Shown here: piece by piece, positions 38,542 to 48,614 of the stretch
Position numbering within the stretch: position 1 is the stretch's first letter
How the letters are laid out: every line of letters starts with the position of its first letter
From: an uncultured Nitrososphaerota archaeon
GTDB lineage: Archaea > Thermoproteota > Nitrososphaeria > Nitrososphaerales > Gagatemarchaeaceae
Assembly: GCA_963838925.1 (NCBI GenBank)
Contig: CAWISW010000002.1
Location: 448,001-512,000, forward strand
DNA: 64,000 nt
Direction of reading: 5' to 3'
Translations under genes and position numbers: made by a program
The notes under the pieces: model-generated
What the model was told of the DNA's origin: nothing
Database searches by the model: none
What the model saw: the letters and a program-made list of their open reading frames with translations, nothing else

Positions 38542-39771
38542 TCACCTGTTGCGCCGCCAGCCGTGCTGGTTGCGCGCGCCCCAAGTCCTCTGCCCGTTGC
38601 CGCCGGGTCGCCTTCCTCCGCCGCCGTGGCTCGACGAGCCCGGCACGAACGTGTGCATCTTGTCCTCCGGCCTCATGGGAGCTATCGGCGCCTTTGTCAT
38701 CTTGAGGATGCGCCCGAAGTCGCCCGACTCTTCCTGCGAGACGAACGAGAAGGCCTTGCCCTGTCTCCCGGCGCGGGCCGTCCTGCCCACCCTGTGGAAG
38801 TAGATGAGGGGGTCGACGGGGACGTCGTAGTTCACTACCATCGCGACCTGCGAGACGTCTATCCCCCTGCTGGCGATGTCCGTCGCGACGAGGATGTCGG
38901 CGTGTCCCTTCCTGAAGGCGTTCATGTAGTGGTCCCTCTGGTTCTGGCTGAGGTTGCCGTGCAGCGGCACGACCTCGTACCCCTTGTGCTGGAGGTCCAT
39001 CGCGAGGCGGTCCGCCCCGCGCTTTGTCCTCCTGAAGACTATCGCGCTGGTAGGCCGCTCCCTGTCGAGAAGGTCGGTCAGGAAGGCGAGCTTCTGGTCG
39101 TGCTTGACTATCGCGAAGTACTGGTCGAGCGTGTCCACGGAGGGCTCGTCCGAGTCCACCATGATCCTCTCAGGGTCGTTCATGTACTTCCTGGAGAGCT
39201 CCGTTATCTTCTGGGGCATCGTCGCCGAGAAGATGCACACCTGCTTCTTCCCGGGGATGCGGCCGAGGATGTAGTCGACGTCGTCGATGAAGCCCATGTC
39301 CAGCATGGTGTCGGCCTCGTCGAGGACCACGAACTTGACCGAGCTCAGGTCGAGCGACCCTCGCTTGATGTGGTCGATCACCCTTCCAGTCGTCCCGATG
39401 ACGACGTGGACTCCGTGTCTCAGCTCCGCCCGCTGGCCGCCAATCGCCTGGCCGCCGTAGAGGGTGACGCCCCGGATGCCGGTGAACGCGCCGATCTTCC
39501 CCATCTCCTCCGTTATCTGGACCGCGAGCTCCCTCGTCGGCGCGAGGACGAGCGCCTGGACCTTGAGGCTCTTCACGTCGACCGACTGCAAGAGGGGCAG
39601 GGAGAAGGCCACGGTCTTGCCGGAGCCCGTCTTGGCCTGCCCTATCACGTCCTTGCCCTTCAGCAGGGGGCCGATGGCCCGCACCTGAATGGGGGAGGGT
39701 GTCTTGAAACCCATCTTTTCGACGCCTTTCAGCAGCGAGGAGTCGAGCTGCATTTCTTGGAAACTACTCAT
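38542..39771 (-). CDS. DEAD-box RNA helicase
   Basis: GFKTPSPIQ, AKTGSGKT, PTRELA, DEAD, SAT, HRVGRTARAG. Confidence 0.95.
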   Translation of the reverse strand: MSSFQEMQLDSSLLKGVEKMGFKTPSPIQVRAIGPLLKGKDVIGQAKTGSGKTVAFSLPLLQSVDVKSLKVQALVLAPTRELAVQITEEMGKIGAFTGIRGVTLYGGQAIGGQRAELRHGVHVVIGTTGRVIDHIKRGSLDLSSVKFVVLDEADTMLDMGFIDDVDYILGRIPGKKQVCIFSATMPQKITELSRKYMNDPERIMVDSDEPSVDTLDQYFAIVKHDQKLAFLTDLLDRERPTSAIVFRRTKRGADRLAMDLQHKGYEVVPLHGNLSQNQRDHYMNAFRKGHADILVATDIASRGIDVSQVAMVVNYDVPVDPLIYFHRVGRTARAGRQGKAFSFVSQEESGDFGRILKMTKAPIAPMRPEDKMHTFVPGSSSHGGGGRRPGGNGQRTWGARNQHGWRRNR

Positions 39772-40031
39772 TTTGTTTTTTCTTCTACAGGGATATCCTT
39801 GTAAGAAAATCAGAAACTAGAAAGCTCCGAATCGTCGAACCGAGAGATGCCTGCGAGAGAAGAACCTGCAGACCACGTATTTAACCCCTTGTGCTCGTAG
39901 GCTCATGCGACCTGGCTCGACGCGGGCCTAGAGATTGCAGGTGGCGTAGGCCCCGCGCGTTCTCCTGAGAGGAGCGAAAGGTTTCCGCGCTAACGTTTAT
40001 ATTGGTTCACGCCCCAAATTTGGACACTGGC

Positions 40032-40319
40032 ATGAGCAGCGGCACTGAGGAAGGGGGCCAGGGCACGGGAGGAAACTCCCAGTCTCGGGCGCGGTTTCCA
40101 GGCCCGCTTTTCTCCAAGGAAAAGCCGGTGAAGGTCGGCGAGGAGCTAGACGTCTTGGTTTCCGAGGTGAGCAGGCGGGGCGACGGAGTGGCCAGGATCC
40201 AGGGGTTCGTCATCTTCATACCAAACACGAAGCAGGGGATGCAGGCGAAGATACGCATCAAGGAGATACGGCCGAGCTTCGCGACTGCAGAGCTCATCGA
40301 GAGCGGTCCCCCGGCCTAG
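40032..40319 (+). CDS. Single TRAM-domain RNA-binding protein
   Basis: KPVKVGEELDV..SRRGDGVARIQGFVIFIP. Confidence 0.9.
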   Translation: MSSGTEEGGQGTGGNSQSRARFPGPLFSKEKPVKVGEELDVLVSEVSRRGDGVARIQGFVIFIPNTKQGMQAKIRIKEIRPSFATAELIESGPPA

Positions 40320-40328
40320 GCGAAGGGC

Positions 40329-40901
40329 CTAAGCCCGCCACCAGTCGAACCCGAGGAAGTCTACCTTTCGAGACTCTTCGTTCACTACCGCGACAATGAA
40401 CTGCTTTCTCACGGTGGTGGCAAGCCTCCCCGACCTCACCATCCCGGTCGCCGTGACCTGGGAGTCGTCCTTCTCCACCTGGACGAGGTAGGGGGCGTGG
40501 TCTATCCCCGGCCCGTGCTCGTAGACCGCGAAGTCCGAGCCGAACTTTATCCCCGGCCCCACCACGAACCCCGACTCGCGGAGGAGGCTGTAGACCAGGT
40601 ACTGCTCCCTGAAGTTGGGGTACCCCGCCGCGCAGAGGGCCTCCACCTCCTTCGCTGAGAGGAGCTCCCCTGCCTCGCTCTCGACCTTGAGCTTCTTCTT
40701 CTGGACGAGGTAGTAGCTCTCCATCAGGTCGAGTATCAGGGGGGCGTCGAAGTCAAAGTCCTTGGGCTTCGGGATGCCCAGGGGCTTGCCGTAGTACGAG
40801 TCCTTGAACAGGCGGCGGGACGCCTCGATGTCCCAAACCACTATCCTGTTCTCGAAGAGCCTGCCGGTGGCGACCTTGGCAGTGTGGGGCATGCGAGTCA
40901 T
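40329..40901 (-). CDS. endA: tRNA-splicing endonuclease, catalytic subunit
   Basis: GIKFGSDFAVY, GIDHAPY, RLATTVRK catalytic Y/H/K. Confidence 0.92.
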   Translation of the reverse strand: MTRMPHTAKVATGRLFENRIVVWDIEASRRLFKDSYYGKPLGIPKPKDFDFDAPLILDLMESYYLVQKKKLKVESEAGELLSAKEVEALCAAGYPNFREQYLVYSLLRESGFVVGPGIKFGSDFAVYEHGPGIDHAPYLVQVEKDDSQVTATGMVRSGRLATTVRKQFIVAVVNEESRKVDFLGFDWWRA

Positions 40902-40952
40902 CGGGCCTCTCGAGGGTATATCTGCGTGTCCCAGGAGCTCCGTCGGCAGGCG

Positions 40953-41606
40953 CTAGACGCCCAGGGCGACGATGGTCGTCGCGTCCGCGGCCGTCAGGGC
41001 GGCGTCGGCGGTGTCCTCTATCGCCTGCGCAAAGTCCCTCATCGTGATGAGGTCCCTGTAGCCGTGGACCGACTTTATCAGCTCCGTGATGAGCTCGCGG
41101 TGCTTCGTGTCTATCTCGCTCTCGAGCTTCTGGACCTGGGCCGCCATCTCGATGGACTGGTCGGGGTTGATCGACAGGGCCCTTACGCAGTCGTTCTGCT
41201 TTGAGATGGCCTCGATCAGCGTGTTGAGGAGCTCGTTGTAGGGGTCCTTGTACTTCTTCAGCTTGATGACGCTCCTCCTGACCTGGGAGAGCTTGAAAGC
41301 GGTCCCGTTGAGGTGCCCCACGACGCTCTCGATGGCGAACGCCACCCTGAGCAGGTCCTCCTTGTTCATGAGGAGCGTCCCGACCTGCGAGAGCTCCCTG
41401 ATGAGCGACCTTCGCAGCGTGACCACGTCCTCCTCCGCCTTTTTTATCCTCTCAAGGCAGGACTTTAGGGTGCCCTTGTCGTTCGAGAGGACTGCCTGGT
41501 ACTCCTCCCTGAGCACACGGCCCGCGTCGGTAACCCTCCTGACTTCGTCTTCGAGGACCAAGAGGGTTCGTCTCCGGGCCTGAAGGTCTGCCTCTGAGCC
41601 TGACAG
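40953..41606 (-). CDS. DUF47/PhoU-like phosphate transport regulator; probable CTG start
   Basis: Helical repeat, NKEDLL, LESEIDTKHR, IEDTAD; frame open upstream of the track start. Confidence 0.75.
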   Translation of the reverse strand: MSGSEADLQARRRTLLVLEDEVRRVTDAGRVLREEYQAVLSNDKGTLKSCLERIKKAEEDVVTLRRSLIRELSQVGTLLMNKEDLLRVAFAIESVVGHLNGTAFKLSQVRRSVIKLKKYKDPYNELLNTLIEAISKQNDCVRALSINPDQSIEMAAQVQKLESEIDTKHRELITELIKSVHGYRDLITMRDFAQAIEDTADAALTAADATTIVALGV

Positions 41607-41743
41607 TATAAACTCCCCGCTCAGGCTATGAATGTTGAGAATATAAAAGAGGGGACTTTGCGCATCAGACGACTCCGCGCGGGCAGGAGCGCCTCGGACT
41701 CAGCCTTTTATCGTGGGACCGGGCTTTGAGCCTGTGAACAAGG

Positions 41744-43048
41744 ATGCGCCAAGTCAGCGACAAGACGACTGCCCGGCGCACGCTGCTCGTCGCGCTCGCG
41801 CTGGGGGTGGGCTGCCTTCTCGTGGCCTCGTCTGCCTCCAAGGCGAGCGCCGCGCCCCCCCAGGGGACAACGATAGTCGTCGACTTTAGCGTCCCGGTCG
41901 ACCCCGGCTCTTCGAGCCTGATGTCCTCTGCCCTTGCCCAGGCAAGGTCTTCCGGCGCACCAGCGATAGTGATTCAGATGAACACGCCCGGAGGCCTCCT
42001 GAGCGACATGACCGATATCATCTCGGCCATCGAGCAGGCCAACCAATCGGGGATTCCCACCTACACCTACGTTCCCCCTGACGCCCTGGCGGCCTCCGCC
42101 GGGAGCTACATCGCGATGGCGAGCAACGGGATACTGATGGGTCCCGGGTCAGAGATAGGCCCCTCGACGCCGATAGTCGAGGGGGGCACCGCGCTCGACC
42201 AGAACCACACTGAGGGAGCGATGCTCTCGCTCATGGCCAGCCTGGCGGAGAAGTGGGGGAGGAACGCCACGGCGGCCCAGGCGATGGTGCTCTCGGACGT
42301 CGCTTACTCTGCGGCGGACGCCTACAGGTTCCACCTGACCCAGGGGAACGCGACGACCCTCCAGGGAGCCCTCTCGCAGTTCGGGCTCGGCCCTGGCTAC
42401 ACGGTCGTCCAGGAGGGAGTCTACGACCACCTCCTCAGCGCCCTCAGCGACCCCAACCTCACCGGAATCCTGATCTTCCTCGGGGCCCTCGCCATCGTGC
42501 TCGATCTGTGGCACCCGACCTTTGTCCTCTCGATCGCCGGGGCGATAGCGCTTGTCGCGGGCTTGGTAGGCGCAGAAGTGGTAGGCTCCTCGGTCCTGGG
42601 TCTCGTCGTCATACTGACGGGCGTCGGTCTGATGCTCCTCGAGCTGAGGCTCGGGCACGGGTTCGCCATGATAGGGGGCGCCGTGGTCGGCGGGCTTGGC
42701 GTCTACCTCCTCTTCCAAGGGGTCCAGTACTCGTCCTCGACCCTGGCCGACTATACCCAAGTGGAGGCGGTCGTCGTGGGGGCCGTCGGAGTGCTGGGCG
42801 GCCTGTACATCCGGTGGATAGTGGGGCCGTTGAGAAACAGGCGCAACTTGACCGGTTCGGAGTCGCTCATAGGGAAGCGCGGGGTCGCGGTCTCGCCGTC
42901 GGAGGTCAGGGTCGAGGGCATAATCTGGCGCGCCAGGATCGACTCGGGCGAGCTCAAGAAGGGGGAACGAGTAGAGGTGAGGTCTGTCGAAGAATTGGTC
43001 CTCCGCGTCGCCAAAGTCGAAGAGAATCGCGCCCTCGACGCGCAGTAG
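41744..43048 (+). CDS. nfeD: NfeD membrane-bound serine protease
   Basis: MNTPGG, AASAGSYI, TM region, C-terminal OB fold VRVEGIIWRAR. Confidence 0.88.
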   Translation: MRQVSDKTTARRTLLVALALGVGCLLVASSASKASAAPPQGTTIVVDFSVPVDPGSSSLMSSALAQARSSGAPAIVIQMNTPGGLLSDMTDIISAIEQANQSGIPTYTYVPPDALAASAGSYIAMASNGILMGPGSEIGPSTPIVEGGTALDQNHTEGAMLSLMASLAEKWGRNATAAQAMVLSDVAYSAADAYRFHLTQGNATTLQGALSQFGLGPGYTVVQEGVYDHLLSALSDPNLTGILIFLGALAIVLDLWHPTFVLSIAGAIALVAGLVGAEVVGSSVLGLVVILTGVGLMLLELRLGHGFAMIGGAVVGGLGVYLLFQGVQYSSSTLADYTQVEAVVVGAVGVLGGLYIRWIVGPLRNRRNLTGSESLIGKRGVAVSPSEVRVEGIIWRARIDSGELKKGERVEVRSVEELVLRVAKVEENRALDAQ

Positions 43049-43122
43049 CCTGCCCGACCCAGGCCACCGCCGAGAGAAGGCCTATATGGGGCGGCGGCCT
43101 ATTCGCCCCTAGATGGTGTGAT

Positions 43123-43959
43123 TTGGTGGACGTCGCTTCTCTAGCTGTCGAGGCACTCGCGGTCCTTATCGTCCTGGCGATTCTCCTGAGCGGGGTACGA
43201 GTGCTGCGCGAATGGGAGAGGGCGCCTATCCTTAGCCTCGGCAGGTACAAAGGCCTGAAGGGACCCGGAATAATATACGTAGTGCCGTTCATCAACAGGA
43301 TTCCCTTCACGATCTCGACGCGTCTGCAGACTGTCTCTTTCAAGACCGAGCAGACCTTCACAAAGGACAACGTCCCCGTCGTGGTCGACTCGGTGATGTA
43401 CTACCAGCCCGCGGACCTTCAAAAGGTCGTCCTCGGAGCGGAGAACTACATCATGGCGACCCAGCTCGCAGCCCAGACCACGCTCAGGGAGGTCATCGGG
43501 CAGGTGAGCTTCGACGACCTGCTCACCGAGCGCGAGAAGATAGGGGCCAAGGCAAGGGAGGTTATAGACAGCAAGACGGAGTCGTGGGGCATCAAGGTCA
43601 CCGCCGTCGAGATCAGGGACGTCGGCATCCCCTCGGCGCTCCAGGACGCCATGTCCAGGAACGCGCAGGCGGAGAGGGAGAGGAGGGCGAGGGTGACGCT
43701 CGCGCTCGCGGAGTTCGAGGCGGCGCAGAAGATGGTCGACGCGGCGAACCTCTATGCGAACAACGACAGGGCGTTCCAGTTGAGGTGGATGAACATCATC
43801 TACGAGCTGGGGCTGCAGGGAAAGAACACAATACTGCTCATCCCTTCCAACATCCCGGTCGCGGGGACTGTCGCAGGCCAGACGTTCCCTCCCGTCGGCG
43901 TGATGGGCATCCAAGAGCTGGCGAAACGGGCCCAGGGCACTTCGACCGAAGAAAAGTGA
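43123..43959 (+). CDS. SPFH/stomatin family protein
   Basis: TKDNVPV, AQTTLREVIG, WGIKVTAVEIRDV, QAERERRA; follows nfeD. Confidence 0.92.
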   Translation: MVDVASLAVEALAVLIVLAILLSGVRVLREWERAPILSLGRYKGLKGPGIIYVVPFINRIPFTISTRLQTVSFKTEQTFTKDNVPVVVDSVMYYQPADLQKVVLGAENYIMATQLAAQTTLREVIGQVSFDDLLTEREKIGAKAREVIDSKTESWGIKVTAVEIRDVGIPSALQDAMSRNAQAERERRARVTLALAEFEAAQKMVDAANLYANNDRAFQLRWMNIIYELGLQGKNTILLIPSNIPVAGTVAGQTFPPVGVMGIQELAKRAQGTSTEEK

Positions 43960-43971
43960 CGAAGGCTCCCC

Positions 43972-45741
43972 TCAGGCCTTCGACTGCACGCGCTTCTGCA
44001 TAGAGTACATCTCGACAAGCTCCTTCACGGTGGTGGCGTCCTCAGGCCCCTTCTCGTCGCGCACCTTGCCCGTGAACTTGGGGAATCTCAGAGCCAGGCC
44101 GCTGCCCGGCCTCAGCTCGTTCATCGCCGCCGGGTGGATTGGGGAGAGCGTCAGCTCCGAGGCGATGGTCTCTATCACCACCTTCGGGCGGTACCAGATG
44201 TCGGGGACGAGGCCCGATTCCACGCCAGGAGGCTTCACGTGGCTCTCGTACTGGGACAAGAGCTTCGGGAACCTCTCGAGGTCGGCGTCGCTGAACCCGG
44301 TGCCTATCTTGGTCACGGTAGGGAAGGTCTTCCTCTTGCTGTCGTAGGCCGCGAGGAGGTATGCGCCATACACCCCAACCCTCCTCCCCCTCCCGTGGAA
44401 CGCCCCCACTATCACGAGGTCTATGGTGTCGGTGAGCTCGCTGCTGTACTCGCGCTTTAGCTTGATCCACCCGAACTCCCTCGCGCCGGCGCGGTAGATG
44501 CCGTCGGGCTTCTTCGCCATTATCCCTTCGCAGCCCTCGGAGATGGCGAGCTCCATGAACTGCTCCATCTCCTCGGCGGTCTCGACCATCTTCGAGGGGA
44601 CGGGGCGCGTGAACTCTGTCACCTCGACCACCCTCTCGAGCTGCGCGCGCCGCTTGAGGTAGGGCTGCCCGGTGATGTCCTTCCCGTCGACGTTGAGCGC
44701 GTCGAAGAAGTTCACCGCGACCGGGTACTGCTTCATCATCTCCTCGATGCCGTGCTTCCTCCGCCTGTGCATCAGCTCTTGGAACGGAAGGTACTCGCCC
44801 GTATCCGCGTTGATCGCCACCACCTCGCCCTCGAGGACCGCTCGCTTGGACTTCACGCAGCTCTTGACGTAGCGCACCACGTCTGGATAGTTCGAGGTGA
44901 TCCTCTCGAGGCGCCTCGAGAAGAGCTCGACCTTATCGCCGTCCTTGTGCATCTGCAACCTCTCTCCGTCGAGCTTGTACTCCGCAGCGATGGGCTTCCC
45001 GATCTGGTCGAGGATGGCCTGGGCTGACTTCAACCGCTCGGCGAGCATGGGCCTTATCGGCTTCCCCACCTCGAGGTGGATCTTCTCGACGCCTGCGAGA
45101 CCCTCCTCGGCCGCGACCCCGATCACGAAGCCGAGGTCGGAGGTCACGTTGTAGGCTCGCTCGAGCAGCTTCCGGTGGGCCTTGTCGCCGAGGAGGCCGA
45201 CGGCCGCGCCGTCCAGGATGGTATAGTCAGCGACCCCCAGGCGGAGGACGCCCATGGCGGTCCTTAGGATGTACTTCGCCTCGACGGGCGTCGCATCGTT
45301 GAGCAGGCTCACAAGCTCCCTGAGCTTGGACTCTATCGACCCTCCCCCGCTCGTCTTGGCTATCGAGAGCAGCGAATCGTAGACGTGTCTGAGGGTCAGG
45401 GGCTCCGACACCAGCGAGCCCTGCCTCTCCCGTCCCGCCCCTCCCTTCAGGAGGGCCTGCGCGGCGCTCCCGATGTCGCCCGCCCTGATGTAGGCGTCCT
45501 TCACCTCTAGGGCGGTCCTCCCGGACGCGGTGGCCAGCGCCCTAAGCGCCAACTTCTCGGCTATCCCGAGCTCAACGCCCTCGTAGTCGGGACGGAGCTT
45601 GCCCTGCATGAGGTAAGCCAGGATGGGGAGGTCTGTCTTTGGCGTAGCCTTGAAGAGGGACGAGAGTATCTCGGTCATCTCGAGCCTTCCGCTCGTGGCC
45701 TCGAGCCTCTCGAAGTATTCGGCGACGAGGGAGTACTTCAA
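43972..45741 (-). CDS. lig: ATP-dependent DNA ligase
   Basis: EYKLDGERLQ, EGIMAK, WIKLKREY, ALRFPKF. Confidence 0.96.
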   Translation of the reverse strand: MKYSLVAEYFERLEATSGRLEMTEILSSLFKATPKTDLPILAYLMQGKLRPDYEGVELGIAEKLALRALATASGRTALEVKDAYIRAGDIGSAAQALLKGGAGRERQGSLVSEPLTLRHVYDSLLSIAKTSGGGSIESKLRELVSLLNDATPVEAKYILRTAMGVLRLGVADYTILDGAAVGLLGDKAHRKLLERAYNVTSDLGFVIGVAAEEGLAGVEKIHLEVGKPIRPMLAERLKSAQAILDQIGKPIAAEYKLDGERLQMHKDGDKVELFSRRLERITSNYPDVVRYVKSCVKSKRAVLEGEVVAINADTGEYLPFQELMHRRRKHGIEEMMKQYPVAVNFFDALNVDGKDITGQPYLKRRAQLERVVEVTEFTRPVPSKMVETAEEMEQFMELAISEGCEGIMAKKPDGIYRAGAREFGWIKLKREYSSELTDTIDLVIVGAFHGRGRRVGVYGAYLLAAYDSKRKTFPTVTKIGTGFSDADLERFPKLLSQYESHVKPPGVESGLVPDIWYRPKVVIETIASELTLSPIHPAAMNELRPGSGLALRFPKFTGKVRDEKGPEDATTVKELVEMYSMQKRVQSKA

Positions 45742-45788
45742 GCCGACCGTTTCGTCTTTGGAAACCTGCCGATATAACCTGTATCAGG

Positions 45789-46802
45789 TCACGCCGCAAG
45801 CAGCGCGTCCTTGAACGACGAGGGAGAGGGGATGCTCAGGCCCGCAGCTCGTAGCTGGCCTATGACGGAGTCGCCTGAGAGCTGGGCTGGATACGAGTAT
45901 TCTCCCTCGACGCGACGCATGGTGGAGGCGTCCAGGCCCGACAGGGCTGCGTATGGTGCCGCGTACGACCCCCTGTCCCTCCTGAGCGCCTCCATCGCCG
46001 CGCCGTGCCTCCTCGAGAGCTTGGAGAGGAGCCGCTCGCCGAGGTGCGTCCCAGCCGCTGTCGCGCAGCACACGTGATCAGGAAGGTCCGAGTAGCGCAT
46101 GACCCTCTTGGCTCCGCGCGACTCGAGCATCGTGGCATATGGCTCCCAAATCGAGCACACGTCTGCGGCCCCGGACATCAGCGCCCTCTCAATCTCCTCG
46201 GGGCTGCTGGCGTAGGTGAGCGACCCGATCTCGCGTATCGAGTGGTGGTTCTCGGCCGACCGCATCAGCACCTCCATCGTCGACATCTTGGTGCAGATCG
46301 CACTCGTCCCGTCTCGGCGTGTCGGCCTGCTCTTCGGGCTTTCGAGGACGCTGGAACCTCCGGCACCAGCCGGCCCGATTATCTTGAACGGCGCCTCGAG
46401 CGAGTGCAGCATGAAGAGGGTGACCAGAGGCGCTATGCCGACGTCTATGCGAAGGAGGGAGAGGTCCCGCGCGACGCTCACACCGTTGTCGTAGACCCTG
46501 AATTCTAGCTCAATCCCATCATCCCTGAGCATCCTCCTCAGGGGGACTAGGAAGGGGTACTCGGCTGCGCGGGTGAATCCGAGCCGCAGGGCGCTGCCAT
46601 TTGGCCCCGCGCGGCCGGCGACGTAGGCCACCTTCAGGTTCCGCCCCTCCCTCGACCTCATGACCAGCTTCCTCCCCTCGAGGCTCGAGAGGACCTCCGA
46701 CATCGTCGCACGAGAGAACCCCGTCGCCCTCATGAGCTCCGACTGGTACGCCTCCCCGTTCTCGCGGAGGATCCTGAGCGTCTCCGCTTCGGCGCGTCCC
46801 AT
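45789..46802 (-). CDS. Transcriptional regulator: winged HTH fused to an NMT1/SsuA-like type 2 solute-binding domain
   Basis: YQSELMRATGFSRATMSEVLSSLE HTH; C-terminal GFTRAAEYP, GAGGSS, IWEPY, VCC. Confidence 0.75.
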   Translation of the reverse strand: MGRAEAETLRILRENGEAYQSELMRATGFSRATMSEVLSSLEGRKLVMRSREGRNLKVAYVAGRAGPNGSALRLGFTRAAEYPFLVPLRRMLRDDGIELEFRVYDNGVSVARDLSLLRIDVGIAPLVTLFMLHSLEAPFKIIGPAGAGGSSVLESPKSRPTRRDGTSAICTKMSTMEVLMRSAENHHSIREIGSLTYASSPEEIERALMSGAADVCSIWEPYATMLESRGAKRVMRYSDLPDHVCCATAAGTHLGERLLSKLSRRHGAAMEALRRDRGSYAAPYAALSGLDASTMRRVEGEYSYPAQLSGDSVIGQLRAAGLSIPSPSSFKDALLAA

Positions 46803-46836
46803 GGCACGGTGTCACCTCCAAGATTTAATAAGATAT

Positions 46837-46852
46837 CCGAACATGTGTTCGG
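46837..46852. promoter_or_regulatory. Palindromic operator CCGAACA-TG-TGTTCGG
   Basis: Perfect 7-bp inverted repeat just downstream of TTTAATA (46824-46830) between divergent regulator and permease. Confidence 0.65.
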
Positions 46853-46921
46853 TTGTGGACTGTCGTTCGCACCCCATCGTAGGCGCGCTGCCAGACAGCC
46901 TCTACAGGCTTTGACGTTAGT

Positions 46922-48217
46922 TTGGAGCAGCTAGGGATAGAGCACGTCGACGAGGAGAAGAGGCACGGCCGCCCCTTCAACGCCTTCACCTTGTGGTTCG
47001 GCGCGAACCTCACGATAGCCGACTTCGCCCTCGGCTCCTTGTTCTTCGGGCTCCCCTTCTCGAGCATAATCATTGCGATAGTCGTCGGGAACGTCCTGGG
47101 CGGCCTCCTGCTCGGGCTGATGGCCTCCATGGGCCCCAAGTTCGGGTATCCCCAGATGATGATCTCCCGGGCGGTGATGGGCCGGCTGGGCAACGTCCCT
47201 TTCGCCCTCGCGAACTGGGTGAGCACCGTGGGCTGGTTCACCGTCAACATCATACTCGGAGGGTACGCGCTCAACCTCGCGTTCGGGCTCCCGTTCTACG
47301 CAGCAGCGGGCGTGATGGTAGTCGTGGACGTGGTGCTCGCTACCTACGGGCACGACATCATCCACACCTTCGAGAAGGTCATGTCCGTCGTGCTCGCCGT
47401 GATGTTCGGAGGGATGACCGTCTTCGCCTACTTCAAGATGGGTGCGAACTTCTCAGCCTACCAGTCGACGGCCTCCTTCAACCTCTACTTCTGGGCGCTC
47501 GTGGTCGCCGTCGTCTTCTCGTACCTCATGAGCTGGTCGCCCTACGCCGCCGACTACTCGCGGTACCTCCCGAAATCCTCGTCCAAGTGGAAGGTCGTGG
47601 CCTTCACCATGGCAGGCGGGGCGATCGCGAGCGCGTGGGCCGAGGTCGCGGGCTTCTTCGTCTACGTCGCCGCGAACAACACCCACCTCAACATGATCTC
47701 GGCCCTCTCCTCAGTCTCAGGGAGCTACTCGGTGTTCACGCTCATGGCGATAGTCCTCGGCGCGATCGCGGCGGACGCGCTCAACCTCTACACGAACTCG
47801 CTCTCGGCGCTGGTGCTCTACAAGAAGGCGGGCAGGGTGCAGACCGTCTTCCTGGCGGGGGTGGTGGGCTTCGTCCTGGCTCTCCTTGGCTCCTCCAACT
47901 TCGGGACGTTCTACCAGAACTTCCTGCTCACGCTCGACTATTGGATCACGCCCTGGATTGGGGTGGTCCTCGGCGCGTTCTTCGTGAAGAAGGTGACGTC
48001 GGGTGTCGAGAGCGCGCCCCCGTTCCTCAAGACCGGCCTCGGCGCGTACCTCGTGGGCTTGGCGATATCGGTCCCCTTCATGAACCTAACCTCCTACGGC
48101 CTGAACTACGTCGGGCCGGTCGCGAACCTCATCGGCGGGGCGGACGTGAGCTACTTCGTGGCCGCGCTCGCCGCCTTCCTCGCCTACGCGCTCATCGCGC
48201 GGCGGCAGAAGACTTAA
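46922..48217 (+). CDS. NCS1 purine/cytosine permease
   Basis: LWFGANLT, PQMMISRA, SWSPYAADYSRY, NLYTNSL, YWITPW. Confidence 0.9.
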   Translation: MEQLGIEHVDEEKRHGRPFNAFTLWFGANLTIADFALGSLFFGLPFSSIIIAIVVGNVLGGLLLGLMASMGPKFGYPQMMISRAVMGRLGNVPFALANWVSTVGWFTVNIILGGYALNLAFGLPFYAAAGVMVVVDVVLATYGHDIIHTFEKVMSVVLAVMFGGMTVFAYFKMGANFSAYQSTASFNLYFWALVVAVVFSYLMSWSPYAADYSRYLPKSSSKWKVVAFTMAGGAIASAWAEVAGFFVYVAANNTHLNMISALSSVSGSYSVFTLMAIVLGAIAADALNLYTNSLSALVLYKKAGRVQTVFLAGVVGFVLALLGSSNFGTFYQNFLLTLDYWITPWIGVVLGAFFVKKVTSGVESAPPFLKTGLGAYLVGLAISVPFMNLTSYGLNYVGPVANLIGGADVSYFVAALAAFLAYALIARRQKT

Positions 48218-48254
48218 TTCCCCCGGGCCGTCGCGAGGACTCCAGTGAACTGAG

Positions 48255-48614
48255 ATGGGCGGCACAAAGAAGAAGTCCTTGGCATCGATGGAAAAGTCGC
48301 AAGACGATAACGCTAACTCCGCGGCGGGAGGAGGGGACCAGCCCGGAAAGAAGAAGACAGAGAAGACGAAAGTGGTCGGCGAGCGGAAGCGCGTCGACGT
48401 CCTGATGCCCAGGGCGAACGACCAAGAGCTGATGAAGACCTTGGGATCACTGAAGGCAATCACGATCTACGCGGCCGCGCGGTCCCTCTCGGTCAACGCG
48501 TCCGTAGCCAGGTCAGTCCTGGCGTCGCTCGAGCAGAAGGGCATGGTGAAGCGCGTGGGAGGCTACAGCGGCCACTACATCTGGGCGCCTGCTTCCTTGA
48601 CCGTGGCGGCGTAG
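48255..48614 (+). CDS. rps25e: 30S ribosomal protein S25e
   Basis: MGGTKKKSL, Lys-rich N-terminus, wHTH ITIYAAARSLSVNASVARSVL. Confidence 0.85.
   Translation: MGGTKKKSLASMEKSQDDNANSAAGGGDQPGKKKTEKTKVVGERKRVDVLMPRANDQELMKTLGSLKAITIYAAARSLSVNASVARSVLASLEQKGMVKRVGGYSGHYIWAPASLTVAA

Noticed and set aside
41744-43959. NfeD-stomatin pair as a novel system
   Set aside because: Well-known conserved prokaryotic gene pair
46853-46921. TPP riboswitch upstream of the NCS1 permease
   Set aside because: Conserved CTGAGA and downstream TPP core motifs are absent; only a small AGCCT-CTAC-AGGCT hairpin is present
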